A stretch of 64,000 nucleotides of DNA from Phallusia mammillata (Eukaryota). Made by a program: the position numbers and the translations under genes. The stretch covers positions 19,096,001 to 19,160,000 of the forward strand of contig OZ281497.1 in NCBI GenBank assembly GCA_965637545.1, in the 5' to 3' direction. The number at the start of each line of letters is the position of its first letter. Within the stretch, counting starts at the first letter, position 1. Shown in pieces: positions 51,101 through 64,000 of this stretch. The notes beneath the pieces were generated by a model. That model did no database searches. It worked only from the letters and a program-made list of their open reading frames with translations, and was not told where the DNA came from.

Positions 51101-54100
51101 GGAATGTCGCATGTCTCTAAATTCGATGCAAAACCACATGCTTCGGGTTTTGTGGTGATTTGTTGACAGAAAAAAGCTTTCTCCTACGAGCGTGGCGTGT
51201 ACGGTCATGGCATGTGGGCGCCGGTGTAATTACAGGAAGCTGTAGATTCCTATCATTCCCTTCCCGTAAAATTAGCGCGCTAGAAACTCGAGTTTCCGCG
51301 ACAATCGCAAGTAATCGCCGACTTAAGGCTGTTCTGTTAAACCCATAACCTCACATTGACCGCTGGGTGTTTTTAATTGCCTCACGAGTTAAGTGTTTGT
51401 TTTCTTTTGCCGTCTGCAGGTCAACGGCGAGGACCTCTCCACCGCGTCTCACGAAGCCGCTGCCGAGGCGTTTAAACGCGCAGCCGAGCCTATTACGGTG
51501 GTGCTGCGCCGCAACAACAGCAACGGCCACAGCAATGTCGGACCGTGCCATTCTCCGAAGACTGCGGCAACGAGCCAGAAGGATCGATTCAGTGCATCAA
51601 CTCAGACGGCCCAGGACAACAACGGAATGTGTTTCTGTCAGTTCCTCATCGAAAATTGCAGAAAGATGCCCGACCGTTTGTCTTCGTTGATCATGAGGTG
51701 AGCACGCACGCACTTCGGCGCCTGACTCCTCTGCCATTGCACGGCCATTCATCAAAATAACTGATTGTCATGTTTTCTTTTGCGCTTCTCCAGTGAGCTG
51801 CTACGATACAAACTCACAGCCACCAATCCGCATCTTTGCAACGACGTGAGCGACAGCTTTGCACCAGGATCTCCGGCTAACGACGAAGTTTACTTGCCAG
51901 AAGAGGATGATGACGTGTTTGGGATTCACTACGAGGTTAGTAGAACGGGACAATACTTTAAAGCCGCGGCGCCACATGGAATTGGATCAATATAAAGCTG
52001 CGATTTGTCATTCCACTTGGGGATAAGGTTTAGCAGACCGGGCTTTGATTTAAGTTTGTTTACTGTGCGACCCCTTGCAGTGGCGTCTGGCAACCACCGC
52101 TGATGGGATTTATCAAATCTGCTTAGCTCGAATTTTTCTCATGCGCGTTGGTATACAAGTTTGGTTTGCTGTAGAAAACGGCAAAGGGTAACATGAATCA
52201 GTGCGGGCGCCAGATACATACCTATAAGCTTGGCCGCTTTGATGCCGCCCAACACATGTGTTGCGTTGAGTATTTGGTTACGTCAATTTGTCTCTTGGGA
52301 CCCGGACGCCTGCGCCGGTCTCTACGTAAAGTGATACCTGTCCTTATCATCGATAACGATTCGCCTCTTTTATGCAGCTTTCTGTAATTGAGAAAAGGTC
52401 ACTGATATTACATATTGCCTAGCCCCCGCCTACTCGGTTATTTTGTTACGCGCCGTGCTTTCAGCGTTGCGCCGATACGACGGAAGAATGGTAACGGCGA
52501 GCACCTATAGCCTTTTGTCGAGAGCTCACAACGACCTTGCGAACATTACCAAATCGACGCGACAATCGGTGTGTTTTCTTACATCAAAACACACACGGGT
52601 ATCGAAACCCCACTCGTCTGTAGATATGCGCTCCAGCATACCTGTCTGTCTTCAGGGCATTCAACAACCTCTGCCCTGCGCCCTCCGCGTCGCCTGTCGT
52701 GTTTTCACAGACCCCTCGAAAAAACAGTCGTGAGCTAAACGGGGGGTGGCAAGTGCAGAACAGGCAGACGGACATTTGCCAATAAAGCAAGTTTGCGCTT
52801 TTGTTTCGAACAGTGCGGGTGGGACAATTTGAAATGGTGACGGACAGACGCCGCAGGTACATAAATACAGCCCCTTATCAGCTTGTTGTGGCATAAAATC
52901 ACCTCCTTGCCGCTTTCAAATCTCAACTAATCGGAAGCTTGCTTGGTGGTCGTCCGTTCGTTTAAATCGTGTTAGATCATTCATTGGAAAGGAGTGGAAC
53001 GCTTTTTGTTAAGCCTTAGTTTAGAGTTGGACGTTTTCCTGTTGCACCTTTTTGTTGGTCCGCCCGTTTAAAACAGACTGATGTGGTGCAACACAGACAC
53101 AATATCACTGCGAATGTTGACAGAGTGGCGATAGGTCATCTTTCTTGTTCTCAAATGGTTCAAGTATCTACAGCTGCGCTGGGGCATTTAAAATAGGCAA
53201 TCATAGGGATGATCGCTAAAAATAACAATCAACAGGGATTTGTTTGTTCCTATTTAAAAGTCCCGGATGGGTGAACTTTTACAGGGTCCGTACCGCACGT
53301 TTCCGCGTGATTCCGTCGCTTTGAAGGTGCTGTTGCGGGCTCGAGCAGTACCACACGGGGACCACCTAATAAGCCGCGCCGTGGGTGATTCGTCTTTCGT
53401 CTGTTAAGCAAAGAAACAATCGACGAAAGACCAAACGCAATCCTAGCAAGTGAAAGCATTCAAAGGCAACGCGCCGTCCCAACGCACAAACCTCGAGCAA
53501 AAATAAAGTCACGTATAGCAGCGTTGCTCATCGACCGGTGTCTTCCAGGAGCAGCGCGGGGCTGTTCAGGAAGCTAATACAGCTTCAGCACCGTATCACT
53601 GTTTACAGTTAACCGGTGACAAGTCGGGTGCAAGGCTCCCATTGATCTCTTAGCGCACTGAGAACCGCAAAGCCCTCGGAATTGATTGTTTTGCTTGCGG
53701 GGAGATGCCTCTAGACACGACAGTAGGCAAAACTATATCAACACAACCCGGGTTTCGGGAAAAGTGCGTCATTTCGTTGTCATCATTCCTTGTATTGCTA
53801 ATTTAGGCGCACCTGGTCGACCCTAAGAAGCGTGATAATCTCCTTAACACTGCGCTTTTACTTTGCAGGAGGTGACGCTGAAAAGGCCTTCAAGTCAGGA
53901 CAAGCTCGGCATCATGCTCTGTGACCACGTAGATCGACTCAGCGGCGCGACTCAAGTTATCGTAAACGAGGTAAGCAATCCATCGTAAACTATACCGAAG
54001 CCTGTTATCAGTGTGTGTTGAACTTGTAAAGGTGCGCAATATTGTTTGTAACGTAATTCATGCGGTCGCAAAACGCGATACACATAATGCAAGCCATCGT

Positions 54101-57100
54101 GCGTCATAAACACCGTCACTGGATTTCGCAAACCGCACCAAAATCGGAAGTCAAGCTGCGCTGCTGACGTCAAAATTTACGAGGTTGAGAGCTTTCAGAT
54201 TTCTCTATTCTTCGCTGGGGTTAATAGCGTGTGACTGAAGAAACGTCGCACCACCTGCCGCTTGTCGCCGAAGCCACTAACTAGCCTAATTACATCACTT
54301 ACCAACTCGTATACACGTTTTAATTTAGACCTGCTGTACCCACATCAGGTTTCGGCCCGCAAAGTACAAGGTACCAGGCAACTGAAATAGCACACCATTT
54401 AAAGCCGACTTTGATGTGATAGTCGATGTTGATTCTCCACAAACTGCCCTTTGACTATTTCCGTGCGCACGAGTTACTGGAAATGACCCAATTTTACGGA
54501 AGTCAAGGATCTACTTCGGTTCAGCAACTATATTTTCCGGCAAATTGAGTTTTCACCACCGCGCTTTAACGTCGTTGCAAATAATGACACGGTTCACTCG
54601 AGCAATGGCAAATTGACTTCTGTATAACGATGTGAATAAGAAAACGGATCACCGCAAACAGACCGGAAATTTATTCATAGCCCGATGTCATGGTGCAAGA
54701 AGCGAACATACTAGAAAACATACGGGTTGCGATACCAAGAATATCGTGGACGTGTTTGAAACAGCAATTCGGTGTTTATATTTGGCATTGTGTTTTTGTT
54801 AAACACAGCGCCTACCTTTGTTGGCATGAAGTCGAGCGCGCAGACTTGGTTCTGTTGTTGGGCAATGAACAAATGGGTGCCTTCTTTCAACACAACGATC
54901 AGTAGCGATGATGTAATTTCTCAAAAGCTGGCACAGTACTTATCCCCACAGGTTTACCTTGAGAGGTTAAGCCTACTCGCCTCTTTGAATTGCACTTCGT
55001 TCTAGTGCAAGATTTAATTACGAAACGGAGGCGTTTATCTGCACTTATATTGAAACTGGACAGATGAGGCCCCATTAGACTTGTTTGGCAATAAACACAC
55101 GCTCGTGGTTTCCATTGCACAAAAGCCTGTCCAGCAAAGTGTTAGTCATATCTTAGAAGCAGTTAGGCGATCTTTCCGCGCTATTTGCCACACACTAAAG
55201 CTCATTCGAAGCTCCGTTGCTCAATAGAAGTTTTATTAGTATCTTCAAAGCGCAACTAAATGTAAACAACGCCATGTTTTTCCATCTCATTGTTCACGGC
55301 TGGCTTGAATGATGGAGGCTGAAAGCGATGAGAATCGGTGATATATATACCACATGCGCACCGAGCGTGAAATAGCGGATGAATCACCCTCATTTGGAAA
55401 GATCGTCATAAATCCAAAAATTGCTGGGTGCCTAAAACAAGGGGTCTTCACCGCATTCCGTTGTTAAAATCAATCTACAAAACAGCGATTTTGTGCGCTT
55501 ATCTTTTGTTATAACATCCCATAGCGAGTGTTTACTAAATAATATCTACGAATTTCACTGCTATTGGAAGAAAATGACCTTACGCCTGACGGAACACTGA
55601 GAAGGCGGATTTTATTACAGGCAAATTATGGTCGTTATGAAAGCAAGATTCAAATTGCGGTGTGACACATTTACGTCAACTGCTGTGCGCCTTCAATTAT
55701 GGATTAGGGCCGAAGTGGCTTGCGTTTACAAACGGTCCTCTTCCGGGGTGGCACAGTTCGCTTTGCATTCGCTCGAACCCCTTTCAAAACGCGCCAAGAC
55801 CACCATTACCGGGGGCAAGGCGTGTGGCGGATATCAGCAAATTGGGGTAAAGCGCGCATAGTATTTGGCACTGTGCGCTTGCCACAATGGAATCACGCGC
55901 CACAGGTCAACCTCGGTGCCAATGCCGTGACGGTCGCGTGCGGAAAGGTCGTCGTTTCCACGCTTTCTTTCGCCCCCAGCTGACGACCCATGTAATTTGC
56001 TGCTGCAACAAACAATATTCCCCACTGTTGGTGCGGGGACCGAGTTGGAACAGTTACGTAATTTGTTGTTCCGCCGACAAAGTAAGCTTTTGTCCTCGCT
56101 ACGTCACTTGGGTATGTGGCGCTGGAATCCGATTTATGTCAACAATCGCGCGGCGACTGATTGACAAACCCTCAACATTCTGACCATGCCAGAAGACGCG
56201 ACGAGAATAGTTTGGGACGCGAAACTCGCCCAGTGACAATCGTTTTCGCTCATGGGAACCCAGCAGGCAGCTTAGTGGTACACAAAGCGCTCAGACCTGT
56301 GCGAACCCGGACGCATCTGCGATCGGTGTGTCCCTTTAACCAACCAGCTAACGATTTGAGTATCCAATGTCGCTCGGCGCGTTAGCATAAACACATTTGA
56401 GTTCCTTCGCCGTAACAAGACCCCAAGCCTGGAGTGCTTGCGGTTTGCTCACTGACGTACTTACATCCGATGTAGCAAGCCGCCAAACGTCAATCTGTTC
56501 TTGCATGCAGTGTCTGCTGATAGCGGCTGACTTCACACAGCCCAGGAACCTAATTACACCTGACCGGTTTAACCGCTTGTGGTGATGATCGCACTGATAA
56601 TCGCGCAAAGTGTTTCATAGCCAGGCCGCCAAACCCGAGATGTATCGTTGTGTTTAGCGACAACACTACATACAAGCATGAACTTAACTACGAGCTATTG
56701 GTGCGAAAAGTAACCCAATTTGTTTGTTTTTTCCAGGTGGCGCCGGAATCAATCGCGGCAAGGAGCCAAAGCATCTTCGAAGGGGACCAAATCGTTAAGG
56801 TGAGACACACTACTTCTATTGTTTTCTTAAGTACTGAATTTATTAATATTCGTCCAACTTGATGAATTTGTGCGTATGTGTGTGTTGCATGAAGGGTCAT
56901 GTGCATAATGCCCACCCTCGTTCTCACGCGACATAACCTCGCCGATTTGCATCACTTTCCAACCTAATCCGATTGTTCATTTGATTGCTTTCCCATGGCC
57001 GCTGCAAATCCGCTCGGGGTTTGCGCCCATGATCCGTAAAACGGTTGAGAGTAATTTGCGCACAGCAAAGCGCCGGGTACTACAACAAATCATTATGGAT

Positions 57101-60100
57101 TGCCCCTCCCTCGATCAACGCTGTTCAGAATATCGACCAAAACGGCCTGACAACGTAATCTTCGACCCCTAGCCTTTGCCAAAAACTCAGCCAAATGATG
57201 ACCACGGCGGCCTGCAAAAACCCGTGTCGACTGACTTCAGCAAGTGACCTAACGGGTCTGTTCCTTGCAAGTTGCGCGTTACGACAAGGGCAGCCAACTG
57301 CGCGACCACGCCGCGTTTAGGGAGTTAAGGTTGTGGTAAAGCCCAGTCGTTAGGTCCCCGTCGCTCGGCGAAGTAATTGATCATCCTCTGACATGATACG
57401 CGTAGATGCTTGCGCAATACTCGCACGTTATGTTTAGTGCAAACCAAGAAAAGCAAAACAAAGATCCATCAATGACCGGAGACAAGTTTCACTGCATTAA
57501 AACCTTTGCGATTACCAACATAATCAATTATAGTGTGAAAACCAATCTGACTCACTACTTGGTGGATCTGTCAACGTTTTGGCAAAGTCATCCCGCCCAG
57601 GGTCGGTTATCAGCAAGTGAAGTGGTCTAGAGTTGCCCGAAATAAACAGAAGTGATACTGGCTGCTGTCACTTACTCATACGTTTTTGTTTGTCGGTAAT
57701 CTTAAGGACGTGCTTGCCTTAAACCCTCAGTGGGTTTGAACTGCGTGTTTTACCGTAACGTATTTCGACCACACACTTGATTTTGCAACATTAGCCGGAC
57801 ATAGCATAATGCTGCAACATGCTTATTACACGGGGTATTCCATTGGGAAGCTATCACTTAGTGGTGACACCCTTCCCAGAAATAGGACAATTAAACCATC
57901 GAAATACCCAACCGCAAGGCGATTTGCTCATTTTAACAAGCTTGAATATCTTTGTTATCAGGTCAACGGAATTCCCGTGCATAGCATGAACGAAGCTTCG
58001 CGGTTGCTGCGAAAGGACAACGCCGTGATTACCTTCCTCATCTGCCGCCAGCACATAGTGGTACGTTCACAATGTTGCATAGATTTGCCCGTTAGACGCA
58101 AGTCGGTCTTGTTATCCACCTTGTAATTGCCAGGAGGGTCGTATTTGTCCGGTGATGTTTACAGGCTCTCGTTTTGTAATCCACTGCGGGTCGCGATTTG
58201 AGTTGAACCTGTCGTACACGTTGCCACATGCTCATTACGCCTCTAGTCGTCGCTTTCAAGACGCCGGATAATACATAATCGCCGCAACATGTATACACAA
58301 GTCGTGTTAAGACAGGAAGGGGTTCTCAGTGCCCCGACCATCACGCGGCGACGCGAATAGTTGCGCGCAAGTATTGTTTGTATTCGCATTAGCGTCGCTG
58401 GCGTGTAGGCGAGATTAATGACGTGTTTAATACTTTGCATCGCGACAAAGGCGCAAAATGCACGGCAGTTTTGCAACGTTTACCTAGGATTTGGCTGCTT
58501 GATTGGCTAGTCAAATCGGGAAGCAATTTTGGCCTGTTTGTTGACGCTTTGTGGCCGTTCGATGTTGCGACCTAAAGGACTTTGCCTATGATTCGGGGTA
58601 AACAAAGCGGGCTTACTTGTGGCGAAACATGCCACGCAATGCCAAACAGTTGCCTAGAAGTGCAACGCATGCTGGGTTACCATCCCCCCACAGCTTCGGA
58701 AGTTAAACTACAAAGCACCGGTTATGTATAGATTCTCGGTACATGTCGTGGTGTCGCGCGTACCGGTTTGTATTTGCACTTCCGTGTTTACCTTGTTTTA
58801 ATGTTCGGCGACATGCGTCACTGTCACAATAAACACGCGCAATGAGCATTCACTGTTGGGTTATAATGCGATTTTGACAAGACGGTCAACACGCTTCAGA
58901 GCCGCCGCCGCGCCACCGCGACTGTCCCCCCGCCCAAGCCCGGTTCACTATCGTCGTCGAAGTCATCAATACCCGTCGCTTTTCGAATTCTGAGTGCCAT
59001 TTGTCAAGCGCGTTGGCCTGTGCAAACCTTTAGCCAACTCGCAAGGGTGGGGACTCTAAAATTTCAAATTTGACTGTTGGGACGAAATGTCCTGTGAATA
59101 ACGTAAATGGTTTTGAGTTCTCAACTCTCCTGACAAAACTTTAATTATTAATTCTGACCCTTGGAACGCACACCAAGTGCTATGCTGTTTGTGTTAAACC
59201 GCATTGCGGTCAATTTTCAGGGGGTTCATGTATTATTGAAACGTGCAATATTTCTAAAAAAACAAACACATCTGAATGTGTTTAAATGTGATAACAATAT
59301 TTCATCACCGGATCAAGATCGATATCCAATTTCACTGCAAATTAATTTTGACGCGCATTCATAATGGATTTCATTTTATGTACAGGAGAACGAAGATTGG
59401 CGCGAGGAGAACGAATCCACCGCGTTTACTGAATCCAAAGAGGAGCGAGTCCTCCACGACGTCACAAACTTCGATCGTGACGAAACGGGAACCACCACGT
59501 CAGAGGAATCTCGACCACGATACCTCGAACATAAATCGCCAGAGCGTTGCGTGGAGTACGCTGCTATCGTATCACAAAAGGTGAGCTCCCATGTTTTGAT
59601 TTTGAGTTTGTAGCGCAACGGCGTCAGTTTGACTGTGGTCGGTGGCCTATAAGACGACGCTTCGGCGGCATTGAGCAAGTGCACTGACAGGTTAAGCTGT
59701 TCTTACAGCGAAGTAAACCCAGCGTCTTTTATCATCGCGATCCCAACAACGTGTGTCAATTCGAGATCAGTTCGGTTCGGCTTTGTGTTTGCCCGGAGAT
59801 TTCGAATGTCGACGCCCGGGCATTTCTTAACGCTGCAAGTTCGCCGAATACCAGAATGTTGTACACAGGCCCTGTGCTGTTCAGCATCGACGCGTTTTTT
59901 TGCGCTCTAACCTAAATCCGTCCGAGCCACAACAAATTACTGGTGATTTATGAACAAGCTCTGTCAGCTTCAAAGCTCCACGTATGCAAGTAGTGTCAAT
60001 AAACATATCGGGCGTCGCTCGAGATTATCCCGACGCCCGACCGAGAGCTGTAAGTCTAAATTTGCGTTGTAGCTCGCAGCCGAGTCCATTCGCGATCCCA

Positions 60101-63100
60101 GTGCGGGAATTTTGTTTTCGCGAGTTTCTCTTCTTGTGGCCTGGAACAGAAACCGGGTCACAAGCTCCTACGTCACTCCGCTTGTCAATTAAGATAATCC
60201 ATCGTGCTGCAATTAATTATAACTCGGGCGTGCGTACAAGGTGAAGGCCACGGTTGTGCCAAGGGATGCCTAAGTGAACCGAAATGCAAGGATCAATCGA
60301 TTAGGCCGTTGTTTTAACCCCGTAACTCAGTGACGTAACCTTACTCCTTTATTCGGTAACAGTGTATGGTGTAATGCGCGGCGCGGCAGTCTCGCGTATG
60401 CTCTCATTCGTATAAATATTTTTCGTGTGTGTAAATACGCTGAGGCGCGCAAGGCTTTGAAGTGCGCGAGCGCCCCGCCGCTTTGATATGTTCTGCAATG
60501 TTTATCATAGCACGGCGAATCCGCACGACGAATTTCCGTAAGTTTGAAGGCCAGTCTCCGGGATCGCTTCCTAATTAACGTCCGTTTTGCCCGTGCGCCT
60601 TCTTCCCTGTGCGCTGTTCACTTTGTGCTCCGTGATAAAAGGCATGTTTTAATTCTAGCTGTCATGCGAAGCGATGGGCACGACGGATAGCGGAACATCA
60701 CACAGCTCCACCACTGCCTGCAGCCAAAACGAAAAAGACAGCGGCTTTGGCCAAACAACGGACGGCACTGTACAGGTACAGAAATAACAATTTCACTAAA
60801 CTGTGTGTTTACTCTCGCTCGAAATCACTTGTATTTTATCACGATCATTTTCCAAACAGGGATTTTATCGCAAAATCGAGTAAAAGGGGAAATTCAGTGT
60901 CTTCGGACGCATTTAGGGCAACTGTGTCTTGTATTTTCGAACGCGTGAAAACTGGCACTTTCTGTTTCGGAGAGAGTGTGTAACAAGCCAAATCCGAACA
61001 CTTTCTATTTCTGAAGTGCAACATGCCCCTGTGTAGTGCCCTCGTGTAAAACAGAGTGTGTCGGGTGGTCAAACACGCAACACTCGACCAGCATCCGGCT
61101 TAAGACGTCACGCCTCCCTATTCCCTTCGTGCAGTGCGAGCGTTCTGGTCATGCCTTGTGGAATGCACACAATAACCAGTGTGTTGTCAGCACTATAATC
61201 CGCCCTCAGTTCGTTTGCTCATCCGATGCGCCATGTCCTGTTGCGAGCTGTAGTTGTTTGACGATTTTATACCAAAAGCCAGTCTGTTTGGCAGTGGCGA
61301 TAGCCTTTTCTTTGCTCTTAATAAACAAATTTTTGTTGTTACCCACAGAGCACAGTCAGCAAATCAACAAACGATAACCGACGTTTTGGAACAACTTCTA
61401 GCGGCGGAAGTTCGTCACACTCTGCTGCCCGCGAATTCACCTACGTACCAGTCCAGGTAAGATTTTAGTCACATGGAATTGATAACCATGAAACTAAACA
61501 AGTTACAATTAGACAAAACTTTAAACAACATGATCATTATTAACAGAAATACCACCAGAAGAAACGCCCCGCTCAACACAAAGCTGTGGCCGGCGATTCT
61601 GGCGACTCGGCAAAAGGTTCGATGGAACGTTCGATTCCAGAAGAGCGTGAAAGTGACCTGAGCCGTTTAAACCAGGCCATCGAGAGCTTGGAAGTTAATC
61701 AAACCAACACTATCCCCACTCCGAACAACCCATTTGATGGTGAAGACTGCGATAACGTCAGTCCCTGGGTCAAAATCGCTATGCAGGACTACCAAGAGAA
61801 AATCCGCCAGTACGAGAATACTGGTGACGCTAGAGTGATCCACCCAGCATTGCCGGCTGATGCTGATGGCTTGCTGTCCAACGCCCGATCTGAGAGCGTT
61901 GCCACAGACAACACATCCTCTGCGTACAGCACCGGGGATAGTTTCCGCAGTTCAAGCTCCGCAAGTGGCCAACGATTGAGCAGCGAACTTCAAACGCCGC
62001 CTCTCTCGCCCGAAAAGCAAATCTACGACAGCGTTTCACCCTACTACAACGTGTGTACCAACGAACTCCCTCCATACACAGGAAAACATCACGGAGTCAC
62101 GATGTCTTACTACGTCAGCAGCGATGGGAACAGTGACGGCGAAGGACCTGCATGTTACTTGACCCATGACGATGACAGCGGTTCCGAAGGTTTTGCCGAT
62201 GCCGGTTTGGAGTTCAGCCAAATGTTCACGTCAGCCCTTGGTCAGCATCCCAAACTACAGCACAGCAAATCGGCGCCCGTGCCAGTTCTGAATCACCCAG
62301 CGTTTGCAAACAACTTTATGTCTCAATCCGTAACAGCATCCACCAAGCAACTGTGCAAGGCAGCGGCTCACGTTGCCCAGACACGGAGAAGCACTGCCTC
62401 TAGTGGCGAGATTCCATCCGACTGCACCGATAAATCTAAATCGTCGTCGCGTACAAGGACCGGCTCGCAGAGGGAAAATGTGAGCACCGACTCGATGAGC
62501 GGACAAACAGTGATTACCCATACCAACGAAAACTGCCAACAAGTCGAAATGCCCCACCCTAAACCGTTCCCTCGACACAAGGCGCGCAGATCGTCGGAAC
62601 AGATCAAACAGCCTATACTTCGACCCGCAGCTCCTAACAGGTCTCAGTCCTACACGGAAGGCCAAGTCGCTTGCAAAACTGCAATGGACGAGTCCCTAAC
62701 CGGATCAAACGGTGACGTGAGTTCGGAATGGAAGGTACGAGTTCGCAACGACGGCACTCGTTACATTACGAAGCGACCCGTCCGAGAGCGCTTGCTTAAG
62801 GAGCGAGAGCAACGCTTGCTGGCCGAACGTTGCGGCATTACTACAGACGACGACGCTGCAACAGAACTCAAGCTTGGTCGCCACTGGACCCGCGACGAAC
62901 GCAAACGTCACATGCGCATCGCTCGCGAAAAGCGTCGACGGAAGGATTTCATGCAGCGATGCCGCTTGGAGGCGCTAAACGAAAACGCTCCCGCTGACGG
63001 TGAAATCGTTGAACTTAGCCACAAGAAAATGACCCGCAGAAAGCACAAACGTATGTTGCTGGACAACTTCGTAACCGTGCAAGAAATTCTGGCCCATGGC

Positions 63101-63157
63101 GACAGAACAACCAGTGCAAATAAAGTGAACCCCTTATTAAGCGTCACCTACATTTGA
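30131..63157 (+). CDS. PDZRN3/4: PDZRN3/PDZRN4-like RING-PDZ E3 ubiquitin ligase (~1098 aa from the 10 exons found)
   Basis: Exons 30131-30712 (MGFPLHLFD.., RING C-WIC..CGHVFC..C, TRAF-type Zn finger), 51420-51697 (VNGEDLSTASHEAAAEAFK), 51794-51935, 53869-53970 (QDKLGI), 56737-56799 (ESIAAR..EGDQIVK), 57962-58060, 59386-59580, 60659-60775 (EKDSG), 61349-61456 and 61547-63157 (WKVRVRNDGTRYITKRPVR, ELSHKKM, LLSVTYI PDZ-binding end). All GT-AG and phase-compatible. Confidence 0.93.
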
Positions 63158-64000
63158 AAGGGAAATACGTTTAGGCACCCATTGTGTTTGGGCGACTTGG
63201 ACGCATGTGTTAAGATGGAACCACAGGCGACCAAACAGCAGAGCAGTTCTGGTCTACCAGCTACAAAGTTCCAGCATATCGTTAAAGGCGAGATGTTTCA
63301 TCGGTACACACTGTACTTCACTTATCTTGGTTCTCCAGCCGCGCGCATGCATGTGCAAATGTCGTAGTAAAAATGCTTTTCATTCAGCTTGGAAAAACTG
63401 CTTATTTATTTTCTCACTTGCTTATAGCCATAAGGTTTTTTTGCATTGATAGATTTACAGTATACACGTTGAGCACAATGTGCCTTTACACACTAAGGCC
63501 TATGCTTTATGAGTAGACTAGGCAGTTGTTTTTGCTTCCCTATTTCTGTTCTGTTTTGCTTTCTGACAAGTCGAGTTTTATTACTATTTCTTTCCTTTCA
63601 GTTTTGCGTTATTTCACCCTTCTCCGCAATGTCTTTACCAAAATAATCTTGTATTTGTGTTTTCTTTTGCTGTTTCCCTAATACAGAAATGTTCAATAGA
63701 AGAAACAATACATTTTTTGTTTCATTTTGTCAGCAGGTATAAGAGTTTTCAAGTTGAGATGACTAGTTTAATGCGAAAGGATGTTTTTCTGTAAGAAATA
63801 GAAATCGAATAGACCCAACTATCTTTCAAAATTACAACACAAAAGCTTTCTCGAAATCAAAACAAATTTACGGTACTTGAAAGTCAATTACTTAAACCCT
63901 AATCTCAACCCAAACAATTGCATCTATATGTGGTAGAATCCTCATCCCTGGCGTGACCTCGAAGCGTAATGGATTCTACTCCTTTTCAACTAATACTCAT

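Noticed and set aside
53204-53211. TAGGGATG as a hAT MITE end
   Set aside because: No matching CATCCCTA nearby and no subterminal motif repeats.
62255-63147. Several - strand ORFs in the last PDZRN exon
   Set aside because: Antisense shadows of the long coding exon.

Overview
Eukaryotic (animal) genomic DNA with compact GT-AG introns. The gene content and architecture fit an invertebrate chordate such as an ascidian, but that is inference; there are no prokaryotic features and no CRISPR array. From left to right: (1) the right-hand 3.9 kb of a probable CMC/EnSpm(CACTA)-like DNA transposon, with AACGTT-rich subterminal arrays, a ~112-bp tandem repeat and an intact 7-exon gene for a 344-aa DUF4806-like protein, but no transposase in view; (2) two hAT-type MITEs with perfect 8-bp target-site duplications just upstream of ALG10 (+, 4 exons); (3) a divergent Meox/Mox homeobox gene (+); (4) DCAF1/VprBP (-, about 27 exons) with several hAT MITEs in its introns, one nested in another; (5) a foldback-like palindromic element and another hAT MITE; (6) an XBP1-like bZIP gene with an uninterrupted CDS (-); (7) an AT-rich intergenic region with a 179-bp hairpin; (8) a ~33-kb PDZRN3/4-like RING-PDZ gene (+), whose CpG-rich 20.7-kb first intron has no exon I could find for the N-terminal half of PDZ1. 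Exon coordinates were read by hand and domain calls are from recalled family motifs, not database searches. Most short ORFs in the supplied track are intronic or antisense noise.
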